DNA from: Verrucomicrobiota bacterium
GTDB lineage: Bacteria > Verrucomicrobiota > Verrucomicrobiia > Verrucomicrobiales > DEV007
Length of the DNA: 64,000 bases
Assembly (NCBI GenBank): GCA_045046875.1
Contig: JASFYY010000018.1
Span: 1-64,000, forward strand
Reading direction: 5' to 3'
Shown piece by piece: positions 40,810 to 49,485 of this stretch. The notes beneath the pieces are model-generated. The model had not been told where the DNA came from and did no database searches. It saw nothing but the letters and a program-made list of their open reading frames with translations. Position 1 is the stretch's first letter, and each line of letters opens with the position of its first letter. The position numbers and the translations under genes were made by a program.

Positions 40810-42365
40810 AACAAAGGGGGATGGCTGAATCGCAAATAGAAATTCAAGTGCATTGGGAGGTGGAGGATCTTTTGGATCTCGACTATTTCCTGCAACAGGA
40901 TGTGGAGATTGATGAGGGTGATTTGGTGTTACGGGATGAAAAGATTGCCCGGGATAATTTGCTGCCGGTGCTGGGAGAAAAAGGTATGGTGGGGGATGCG
41001 TCGCTCTCGTTGAGATCGCACGGGATTTGGATCTGGTTGCAGCAAAGGAAGGTTGAAGTTGCTAAACAGCAGGGGGATGAGCTTTCCCTGATGCCGGGAG
41101 AGGTGTTTGTGCAAGCGTGCCGAATCATGAAAATGTCCTGGCCGATTTTGATGATGATGGGAGCTGTTCTTGTCAATTCCTTGATGCATACGCAGGAACG
41201 GTATTTTAATGTGATGATGTTTCTAGCGGCGACGCTTCTGCCCCAGCTTTTTTTACTAACACTTCTAGTGGGGGGTATAATTTTTAGAGGGGCTATGGGT
41301 AAAGGTTTAAAGAGAGGGAGATTGGGGATAATACAGACTTTGTTTAAGGAAATGTTGGCTACAATGGCTGGCAATGTTTTGAAGGCTCGAGCTGGTCGGG
41401 CGGGCGAAAAAGTGCAGAATTACTGGCAGGCTTTGAAGCAGCGTAATTATTTGTCATGGCCAATTGCGGCGATGACGCAAACTTTAGCGGTATGGTATAA
41501 CATTGGTATATTGGCCGGATTTGCAGGCTGTATGATGGCAATGGATGTGCGTTTCTTTTGGGAAAGCACTTCTGGAGCTGCGGCTGTTGAGACGTTGCAA
41601 CAAATCGTGCGAGCAGTTTCAGCTCCTTGGGGAATGACCGTGAACGATTGGTTGCCGACAGCGGCGGGTATTGCCGAGACAAGAATCACGATGGAGGGTG
41701 CAGATAAAATTTATCCTCCTTCAGAAGCTGTCAACAGTGCAGCGGTGTGGGTGCCTTTCTTAGCAGGGTCAGTGTTCTTTTGGGGATTGTTGCCCCGCCT
41801 GATTTTACGTATTGGAATCGGTCTGTGGGGTAACCGCTCGACAAACCGCTATCCTTTTGTCGAACGACGTTATCGGGAGTTGTGGCGCCGCCTGACCGCA
41901 TTGAGGATAGAGGTATGCAACGAGGGGCCGGATGACGAGGCGGTGGTTCTGTTGTGGGGCGGCTTGAATCCTGACGCCGATAAGTTGCGCAAGGTTTTGT
42001 TGCAGCAGTTGCGTTTGAATCCGTTGCAGACTTTTGCTGCAGGTAATGAAACGGACGCGCGAGCGGATGCGAAAAGGATCGAGCAAGTGGCCAACAAGGT
42101 GGTGAGTTTGAAGGCCGGAGTTCGGTTGGTGGTGGTGGTGGAGTCGTGGGCATTGGCTCCACGTGAAGCGACGGATTTCCTTAATCAGCTGCGCAGTTTG
42201 CTCGGGCAACAGCGGGCGGTTCGCTTGTTGTTATTGGGGCCGCCTGAAGCAGGGCGAAATTTTTCCGAACCTTCTATCGCGGAGTTAAAGGTATGGGAGG
42301 ATCTAGTGTCGGAGCGCAATGATGCGCGTTTGACGGTTTACCCTTATCGCAAATCAGATGGCTGA
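40806..42365 (+). CDS. Membrane protein, DUF2868-like
   Basis: Several TMs, DVRFFWESTS, APW, WVPFL..SVFFWGLLPRL; usual partner of the downstream GTPase. Confidence 0.75.
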   Translation: MKQRGMAESQIEIQVHWEVEDLLDLDYFLQQDVEIDEGDLVLRDEKIARDNLLPVLGEKGMVGDASLSLRSHGIWIWLQQRKVEVAKQQGDELSLMPGEVFVQACRIMKMSWPILMMMGAVLVNSLMHTQERYFNVMMFLAATLLPQLFLLTLLVGGIIFRGAMGKGLKRGRLGIIQTLFKEMLATMAGNVLKARAGRAGEKVQNYWQALKQRNYLSWPIAAMTQTLAVWYNIGILAGFAGCMMAMDVRFFWESTSGAAAVETLQQIVRAVSAPWGMTVNDWLPTAAGIAETRITMEGADKIYPPSEAVNSAAVWVPFLAGSVFFWGLLPRLILRIGIGLWGNRSTNRYPFVERRYRELWRRLTALRIEVCNEGPDDEAVVLLWGGLNPDADKLRKVLLQQLRLNPLQTFAAGNETDARADAKRIEQVANKVVSLKAGVRLVVVVESWALAPREATDFLNQLRSLLGQQRAVRLLLLGPPEAGRNFSEPSIAELKVWEDLVSERNDARLTVYPYRKSDG

Positions 42366-43878
42366 AACAAGTGATCAGAATCAGCGCAGCGAGGTGCCGA
42401 AGTTTGCCGTGGTGGGACAGGTGAACGAGGGCAAGTCGTCGGTTTTGGCAACGCTGGTGGAGGAGGGGGATCAGGCAAAAATCCGGGTCAGCGAAATGCC
42501 GGGAGAAACAGCGCGCAGTCAGTCGATCGGATTGGAGATTAATGGGCGCAAGGTGTTGGAATTTATTGATACCCCGGGGTTTCAGCGAGCGCGTCAAGCT
42601 TTGGCGTGGATGAAGGAACATCACGAGCAAGCGGGGGATACCCGGGCTTTGGCGGAATCGGTGCAGGCTTTTGTGGAAGAGTTTGCAGGCAGTCGGGATT
42701 TTGAAGATGAGGTTCGTTTGCTGCAGCCGGTGTTGGAGGGGGCGGGAATTGTGTATGTGGTGGATGGTTCGAAACCAGTGCGGCCGAACCATTTGGCGGA
42801 GATGGAGATCCTGCGTTGGACAGGGCGCCCGCGCATGGCGATTCTTAATAACAAGAGTAGTGCTGAAGGTCAATTCGCTGGCGATTGGAAAAAGCATTTG
42901 GGGGAATCGTTTAATTTGACCCGCGAGTTCAATGCTCACCGTGCGCGTTTTGGTGAGAGGATTAGGTTGTTGCAGCATTTGTTGGAGATCGAGGAAGGGC
43001 ACCGGGAGGGCATAGAGCAGACGATTCGTTTGTTGCAACAAGAGTGGCAGCAGCGCCGTAATGATGCGGCGGATGTGATGGTGGAGTTGTTGGAAAAATG
43101 CCTTACCCGTCAGGCTTGCCGCAATGTGAGCGGGGATCAGATCAAGCGGCGTGGGAAACGAGAGCAGATGGTGGAGGATTTGAGTGAGCAGTATCGTCAG
43201 GAGATTCGCAAGGTGGAGGAAAAACAGCATCGGCGCTTACTGGATATTTTCCATCACAGCGAAGCGGTTCTACAGATTGAGGGGCAATCGGCGGAGGCGA
43301 TGGGGGATTTGTTTGCCAAGGAAGTGTGGCAGGTGTTGGGTTTGAACCGGGGGCAATTGGTGATGACGGGAGTGGTGAGTGGTGCAGCGGTCGGGTTGCT
43401 GGGGGATCTGGCGATAGGCGGTTTGTCTGGGGGGATTCCCACTTTGATAGGAGGGGCGATAGGCGGAGGTTTTGCTTTGTGGAAGGGGCAGGCTTTGGCC
43501 GAGATCGCGGTGAGCAATCCTTTGACCCCGAGTGGAAAGACCCGCCTTGGGGGAGTGCGTTTGTGCGCGGGGCCACCTAAGAACCCTAATTTCCCCTGGG
43601 TATTATTGGACCGGGTTTTGTTTTATTATCAAAACCTGATCACGCGTGCCCATGGGCGGCGTGATGCTTTTGTGATCGACCTGTCTGTTTTGGAGCGGAG
43701 TGGGGAGAAGGGACACCGTGGATACAGTGCACGTTTTTCGTCGGCGCGGCGGAAGAGCCTGGGTAAGTGGTTGTCTGCTTTGCAGCCTGATAAAGTTGCC
43801 CCATCTGCTGAGGATGAAAGTCAGGCGTGGGAGGAGATTTGTTTGATTTTGAAGGAGGTGGAGGATGGGGATCTGTAA
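42358..43878 (+). CDS. GTPase with DUF3482-like C-terminal domain
   Basis: G1 GQVNEGKSS, PGET, G3 DTPG, AEMEILRWTGRP, Gly-rich hydrophobic hairpin, RAHGRR. Confidence 0.85.
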   Translation: MAETSDQNQRSEVPKFAVVGQVNEGKSSVLATLVEEGDQAKIRVSEMPGETARSQSIGLEINGRKVLEFIDTPGFQRARQALAWMKEHHEQAGDTRALAESVQAFVEEFAGSRDFEDEVRLLQPVLEGAGIVYVVDGSKPVRPNHLAEMEILRWTGRPRMAILNNKSSAEGQFAGDWKKHLGESFNLTREFNAHRARFGERIRLLQHLLEIEEGHREGIEQTIRLLQQEWQQRRNDAADVMVELLEKCLTRQACRNVSGDQIKRRGKREQMVEDLSEQYRQEIRKVEEKQHRRLLDIFHHSEAVLQIEGQSAEAMGDLFAKEVWQVLGLNRGQLVMTGVVSGAAVGLLGDLAIGGLSGGIPTLIGGAIGGGFALWKGQALAEIAVSNPLTPSGKTRLGGVRLCAGPPKNPNFPWVLLDRVLFYYQNLITRAHGRRDAFVIDLSVLERSGEKGHRGYSARFSSARRKSLGKWLSALQPDKVAPSAEDESQAWEEICLILKEVEDGDL

Positions 43879-43956
43879 GAAAAAGCTGGAGTGATTTGTC
43901 AGGAGGGAGTAAATAAGCTTGGACTTTCCGTTATCTGAACTTCAAATCCTCCCCCT

Positions 43957-45642
43957 ATGATCCCTAAAATCCTACTTAAAGAATCGATCATTGCGCCGCC
44001 GGGTTATAATCGCTGGTTGGTGCCACCTGCTTCGATCGCGATTCATTTGTGCATCGGTTCGGTTTATGCGTGGAGTATTTTTAATCCGGCTTTGATGCGG
44101 GAGTTGGGGGTGGTGGCTCCGGCTGCGGGGGATTGGGGTTTGAGTCAGGTGGCTTGGATTTTTTCCTGGGCGATTGTTTTTCTTGGCTTGGCGGCTGCTA
44201 TTGGTGGTAAGTGGTTGGAGCGGGTCGGGCCACGCTGCGTGGGGGTGACGGCGGCGTGTCTCTGGGGTGGTGGGTTTATTGTTGGAAGTATAGGAATTTC
44301 AACTCATCAGCTGTGGTTGATCAAGTTGGGTTACGGCGTGCTGGGTGGTTGCGGATTGGGGCTGGGTTATGTATCGCCGGTCAGTACCTTGATCCGTTGG
44401 TTTCCTGATCACCGGGGCTTGGCCACGGGCATGGCGATCATGGGGTTTGGCGGTGGAGCGATGATTGCGGCGCCGATCAAAAGGAGCTTATTGAAGTTTT
44501 TTTCCGAAAGTCCGGAGTATTTGGGAGCGGTTGATGCGGTCAAATTGGTTACAGAAGGAGGGGTGCGTTTTGCCGAGGTGGCAGGAAAAAAAGTAGAGGT
44601 GATTGTCGCTGGAGCTGCGGATGTCAGCGGAGATTTGTTGGAGGGGGTTTATGTGGTGGGGACGGGTAATACCGGGACGGCGAGTACCTTTATCACACTG
44701 GGGGTGGTCTATTTTGTGGTGATGTTTATTGCGTCTTTTTCTTATCGGGTGCCGGCGGAGGATTGGAAACCTGCTGGTTGGACTCCTCCGGTGGAAGGTA
44801 AATCTTCGAAAAAAATGATCACTCAACACAACGTGGACATTGATGAAGCCTTGAAGACGCGGCAGTTCTATCTGTTGTGGATCGTGCTTTGTTTTAATGT
44901 CACTGCCGGTATTGGGGTGATCGGAGTGGCCAAAACAATGATCACTGAAATCTTTGGCACGGCTTTGCCGTCGATCGTGGACGCGGATGGGGCTTTTGCG
45001 GCGACTTATGTTTTGATGATCAGCGTATTTAACATGGGCGGTCGTTTTTTCTGGGCGAGCATGTCGGACTATATTGGGCGTAAAAATACCTATCATTGCT
45101 TTTTTGTCCTAGGCATATTGCTGTATCTTTCGATCCCTTTTGCCGCGAGCGCGGTGAGTGCCTCGCCGGCGACGATTTGGTTGGTGATCTTCTACGGTGC
45201 GACGATGTTGATTTTCACTATGTATGGAGGTGGCTTTGCCACCATTCCGGCTTATTTGGCGGATATCTTCGGCACCAAATTTGTCGGAGGGATTCACGGG
45301 CGTCTGCTGACGGCCTGGAGCACGGCCGGGGTGCTGGGGCCTTTGGTAATCACTTCCCTGCGTCAGAGTTCGGTGGATAAAGCGATCAATGATCTGGCGA
45401 CGAAGGTCGATCCGGAAAAATTTCAGCAGACCTTCGGAGCATCGGTGGACAAGTTGGATCAGCTGATGGCGGCTAAAAGTGTGACAGTATCCAAGTTGAT
45501 GGAAATCGCCCCGCAAGGCACGCTGGATCCGACTTCGAGCCTCTACAATACGACGATGTATGTGATGGCCGGTTTATTGGTGATCGGTTTTTTTGCCAAT
45601 CTGGCGGTGCGTCCGGTGGATGAAAAACATTATCTGAAATAA
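43957..45642 (+). CDS. MFS transporter, oxalate/formate antiporter (OFA) family
   Basis: IGSVYAWS, GLGLGYVSPVSTLIRWFPDHRGLATG, FNMGGRFFW, YGGGFATIPAYLADIFG. Confidence 0.93.
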   Translation: MIPKILLKESIIAPPGYNRWLVPPASIAIHLCIGSVYAWSIFNPALMRELGVVAPAAGDWGLSQVAWIFSWAIVFLGLAAAIGGKWLERVGPRCVGVTAACLWGGGFIVGSIGISTHQLWLIKLGYGVLGGCGLGLGYVSPVSTLIRWFPDHRGLATGMAIMGFGGGAMIAAPIKRSLLKFFSESPEYLGAVDAVKLVTEGGVRFAEVAGKKVEVIVAGAADVSGDLLEGVYVVGTGNTGTASTFITLGVVYFVVMFIASFSYRVPAEDWKPAGWTPPVEGKSSKKMITQHNVDIDEALKTRQFYLLWIVLCFNVTAGIGVIGVAKTMITEIFGTALPSIVDADGAFAATYVLMISVFNMGGRFFWASMSDYIGRKNTYHCFFVLGILLYLSIPFAASAVSASPATIWLVIFYGATMLIFTMYGGGFATIPAYLADIFGTKFVGGIHGRLLTAWSTAGVLGPLVITSLRQSSVDKAINDLATKVDPEKFQQTFGASVDKLDQLMAAKSVTVSKLMEIAPQGTLDPTSSLYNTTMYVMAGLLVIGFFANLAVRPVDEKHYLK

Positions 45643-45725
45643 ATCGTAAGATTTTTATTTGTCTGGACGTTTAGGGTAAAGTTTTGTTTTATTTTTTCGT
45701 TCAAATATAACAACGCTTTAAAATT

Positions 45726-47060
45726 ATGAAAAAGACCCTCATCACGACTGCTTGTCTGGCTTTTGGCCTGAGCTCGCTTTCTGCCCAACAACCGCCGAAC
45801 ACTGCCGAGCCTGGTGGCAAGCTGGCGAAAAAAGTTTCGGTTAAATTGGTCGAAGTGGCCAGTGGTTTGATCGATCCGATCAACATCGCCTCGGCCAAGG
45901 ATGGCAGTGGCCGGTTGTTTGTGGTCGAGCGTCCCGGCTTGGTTCGCATCATCAAGGATGGTAAATTGCTTAAAAGACCTTTCCTCGACATCAAGGATAC
46001 CACGGTGAGTTCGTTTTTGGAGCAGGGACTTTATGACATCGAGTTTCATCCTGATTTTAAAAAGAACGGTAAGTTTTACGTTCACTATTCTGACATGTGG
46101 TTCAATGGAGACTCGCTGATCGTAGAATATCAGGTGAATCCCAAAAAGCCGGATAGGGCTGATCCCGCCAGCGCCCGGGTGGTGATGCAGATTCCCCAGC
46201 CTTATGCGAATCACAATGGCGGTGAGTTGGTTTTCGGGCCGGATGGTTATCTTTACATCGGCAGTGGTGATGGCGGTTGGGAAGGCGACGTGTTGAGTGC
46301 CGGACAGGATTTGAGCACGCTATTGGCGAAGATCTTACGTATCGATGTCAATAGCCATACGGCGGACAGAGGTTATGCGATTCCACCGGACAATCCTTTT
46401 ATCACGCCCAAGCAGTTGATGGTTTTGTTTGGAGTGAGCGAAGAAAAATTCGCTTCGATTCATCCCAAGGCCCGGCCTGAAATCTGGGCTTTTGGAGTGC
46501 GCAATCCTTTGAAAATGCATTTCGATAGCAAGACGGGAGAGATGTATATCGCCGATGTTGGACAGAATCACTGGGAGGAAATCAGTTTGCAGACGGCGGG
46601 CAGCAAAGGCGGTGAAAACTACGGCTGGAAGTTCATGTGTGGCACTTATCCGTTCCCGCTGTCGGCTAAAGACGCGCCGAAGGTGGGCATCATGCCGATT
46701 GGTCAATACAGTCACGTTGACCAGGGCATTTGTGTGGTCGGCATGGGGGTGTATCGCGGCAAAAAATATCCTTCGCTCGATGGTACGTATTTTGTCGGGG
46801 ACTGGGGTTCGGGCAAACTCTGGGGCATGGCTCGTGATGGTGCGGGCAAATGGCAGATGGAAGAACTGTTGGACTCGACGTTGCGTTTCACTGGATCCGG
46901 GGATGGAGAGGATGGCACGATTTATGTGACCACAGCGACACCTAACTATGGAGGCCCGGTGGATCCCTATGATAATAAACCGGGCTCATTATGGATGCTG
47001 GTGCCTTCGGACAAGGTGCCGGAGGGAGCCAAGACCATTGCGCTTGAATCCAAGAAGTAG
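45726..47060 (+). CDS. Exported PQQ-dependent sugar dehydrogenase family (GSDH/YliI-like)
   Basis: Signal peptide; EQGL..IEFHPDF, NHNGG.LVFGPDGYLYIGSGDGG, GVRNP, DVGQNHWEE, NYGW. Confidence 0.9.
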   Translation: MKKTLITTACLAFGLSSLSAQQPPNTAEPGGKLAKKVSVKLVEVASGLIDPINIASAKDGSGRLFVVERPGLVRIIKDGKLLKRPFLDIKDTTVSSFLEQGLYDIEFHPDFKKNGKFYVHYSDMWFNGDSLIVEYQVNPKKPDRADPASARVVMQIPQPYANHNGGELVFGPDGYLYIGSGDGGWEGDVLSAGQDLSTLLAKILRIDVNSHTADRGYAIPPDNPFITPKQLMVLFGVSEEKFASIHPKARPEIWAFGVRNPLKMHFDSKTGEMYIADVGQNHWEEISLQTAGSKGGENYGWKFMCGTYPFPLSAKDAPKVGIMPIGQYSHVDQGICVVGMGVYRGKKYPSLDGTYFVGDWGSGKLWGMARDGAGKWQMEELLDSTLRFTGSGDGEDGTIYVTTATPNYGGPVDPYDNKPGSLWMLVPSDKVPEGAKTIALESKK

Positions 47061-47094
47061 TGGGCGTAAGTATCCGGGTTGATTTTAATTCATT

Positions 47095-47640
47095 ATGAAA
47101 CGACGGCATTTTTTATCAGCGGCGACTGCGGCGACTCTGGGGGCATTGAGCCCGGCAGTTGTCAGGAGCGAGGAGAAAAAAGCACCGGCGGATGCGGTTT
47201 TTATATCTTTGGGTGCCAAAGCTAAGACGGTCAAAATTTTGATCATCGCGACTTACAATGATGCTAACCATGGCATGAATTTTAATGGTCATTTCAAGGG
47301 AAGTGCCGTTTATACGATTCCCACCGGATGGACAGTGGAGGTACAGTTTAAAAATGCCAGTCCGGTTCCCCACAGCGTGGTGGTGGTCGAAGAAGAAAAA
47401 ACCAGGAAGGTGCAAGTGGGTGATCCTTATTGGGATGGAGCATCATCGCCGGATCCCATGGTGGCGATCGCCAAGGAGGCCAAATTTACTTTTGTTGCTG
47501 ATGAAGCCGGGGATTACGCATTTGTCTGCGGTTTTCCTACACATTGTCTGGCCGGGCATTGGTTGGGGCTGGAGGTCAGCGATGAGGCGAAGGCTCCGAT
47601 TTATACCGTCGACGGGCAGGATCCGGTGGTGGCGAAGTGA
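47095..47640 (+). CDS. Tat-exported sulfocyanin-like blue copper protein
   Basis: KRRHFL Tat signal; MNFNG, IPTGWTV, PHS, VCGFPTHCLAGHW. Confidence 0.82.
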   Translation: MKRRHFLSAATAATLGALSPAVVRSEEKKAPADAVFISLGAKAKTVKILIIATYNDANHGMNFNGHFKGSAVYTIPTGWTVEVQFKNASPVPHSVVVVEEEKTRKVQVGDPYWDGASSPDPMVAIAKEAKFTFVADEAGDYAFVCGFPTHCLAGHWLGLEVSDEAKAPIYTVDGQDPVVAK

Positions 47641-47697
47641 ATTTTGTGACAATTCTAATCCTAAAAACGAAGCGCAAAAATCTAAAAAAATCTATCT

Positions 47698-48672
47698 ATG
47701 AAAACTCTCATTATCACTCTCACAAGCGCGGCGCTGTTCGCGACGGCAAGTCTCTCACAGGCGGAAGTATCTTATCAATTGGTTCCGGGTTGGTTGAAAG
47801 CTCCGCAGGGTATGGATCATATTGGTAATTCGCACGGTGATGCGGCGGTTGATTCCAAGGGTAATGTTTACATCAGCGTCGAGGGGGATAAAGGAGGGAT
47901 TCAGATTTATAACAAGGATGGAGAGTATCTGCGGAATGTGGCAGGTGCGCCGATGACTTTGCACGGTTTTATTATCAATAACGAGGGAGGCGAGGATTTT
48001 ATTTATGCTTCGGTGCTTGGTAAAGCGAAGATGGTGAAGATGAAATTGGATGGGACGGTGGTTCTTACGATTGATGGTAAAAAGAGTATCCCGGATAAAT
48101 TCAAAGGGGGCAAGGACGGCAAAACACTCAAACTGACTTCGGTGACAGTGGGGCCGACGGGAGATATTTACATCTCGGATGGTTACGGACGTGATTTTAT
48201 TCATCGCTTCGACAAAAGCGGAAAGTATTTGAATTCGTTCGGTGGGCGCGAGGCTCCGTATAATTTCAAAACCGCACACAAGGTGTTTGTCGATCCGCGT
48301 TTTGAACCCAATCGCCTATTGGTCTGCGACCGGGCGAATCGTCGTTTGGTGCATTTGGATTTGGATGGCAGGTTTCTCGGGGTGATTGCCGAAGGGATTC
48401 GGTTGCCTTGTTCCGCTGATTTCCATGGAGATCTGGTTGCGGTGGCTGAATTGGCCGGGCGCGCGGTGGTGCTCGACAAAGAGGGCAAGGTGGTGGCTGA
48501 GTTGGGAAAAAATGAAACCAAGGGTGAAATCAGCACTAATAAGGTCAAACCCGAGAGCTGGAAGAAGGGAGTTTGCACGGCACCGCACGGGTTGACTTTT
48601 GACGCTGATGGCAACATCATCGTGACCGAGTGGAATGTGCACGGTAGGGTGTTGCGCTTCGACAAGAAGTAG
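47698..48672 (+). CDS. Exported NHL-repeat beta-propeller protein
   Basis: Signal peptide; HGDAAVDSKGNVY, GDIYISDGYG, VCDRANRR, APHGLTFDADGNIIVTEW. Confidence 0.85.
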   Translation: MKTLIITLTSAALFATASLSQAEVSYQLVPGWLKAPQGMDHIGNSHGDAAVDSKGNVYISVEGDKGGIQIYNKDGEYLRNVAGAPMTLHGFIINNEGGEDFIYASVLGKAKMVKMKLDGTVVLTIDGKKSIPDKFKGGKDGKTLKLTSVTVGPTGDIYISDGYGRDFIHRFDKSGKYLNSFGGREAPYNFKTAHKVFVDPRFEPNRLLVCDRANRRLVHLDLDGRFLGVIAEGIRLPCSADFHGDLVAVAELAGRAVVLDKEGKVVAELGKNETKGEISTNKVKPESWKKGVCTAPHGLTFDADGNIIVTEWNVHGRVLRFDKK

Positions 48673-48675
48673 AAT

Positions 48676-49437
48676 ATGAGGCATTTTTTAAAAGTCACCA
48701 GCTACCCAATGAGATGGGGGCTGGTGACTTTTTTTTGGCTATGGGTGGGGCTGGCAGGTGCGTTGGCACACAGTTCGGATTTCGTTTTTGCGCGATGGAG
48801 TCAGGATGAGCTGACTGGGGGGATTGAGTTGTCGTTGAGCCTCCAGATCACTGATAACCCTAATATTGATACTCGGGAACAGGCGCTAGAAGTGCTGACT
48901 TCTTTGATTCAGGTGAGCGGTGGAGATGAAGGCGGCTATGTACCCTTGGCTGAGGTGGCTGTGGCTAGTTTCAGGGATGACATAAGTTTTCCCCAGGACA
49001 GTCCGGTGCCGATCGGAGGGGCGGGGTTGGAGGAATTGGAATCGGGCGAGGTGACAGAGGATGAGGTGAAAAAACATCAGATTCTGACATTGATCTGGAA
49101 GTGGAATCCGGCACCGGATGAGAAACAGATGAACTTTTTTCTGGCGGATGATTGCCAGCAGTATGTGGTTTTTTGGTGGGCCGATGCGCAGGGAGCGGAG
49201 CTTGCGCCAGGTAAGGAGGTGCCTTGGCAGATTCTATTGGGTGGGGATGAGTCTTTTTCGCTTGGGTTGAAGATGCGGGAGGTTGATAATGAGGAAACAG
49301 TGGAGGCTGGGGAAGTCGAGGAGGCAGAGAAAGCTGGAATTGGCGGGTTGGTGTTTTCGGGTGCGCTGGTGATTTTGCTACTAGCTTGTTTGGTATTTGT
49401 GATGAGGAAAAGATCAGCTTATACGCGAATGCGCTAA
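48676..49437 (+). CDS. Hypothetical exported protein with C-terminal membrane anchor
   Basis: Signal peptide ending ALA-H; acidic body; C-terminal TM followed by RKRS. Confidence 0.7.
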   Translation: MRHFLKVTSYPMRWGLVTFFWLWVGLAGALAHSSDFVFARWSQDELTGGIELSLSLQITDNPNIDTREQALEVLTSLIQVSGGDEGGYVPLAEVAVASFRDDISFPQDSPVPIGGAGLEELESGEVTEDEVKKHQILTLIWKWNPAPDEKQMNFFLADDCQQYVVFWWADAQGAELAPGKEVPWQILLGGDESFSLGLKMREVDNEETVEAGEVEEAEKAGIGGLVFSGALVILLLACLVFVMRKRSAYTRMR

Positions 49438-49485
49438 GGGAAATGCCTTGCTCTGAGGGCTTGCTGCAGGGAAAATGTCTGACTT

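Noticed and set aside
42274..43230. Long antisense ORFs (this 318-aa one; also 15828-16604, 51517-52281) and the alternate-frame ORF 1333-2106
   Set aside because: Shadows of well-supported genes with no recognisable motifs
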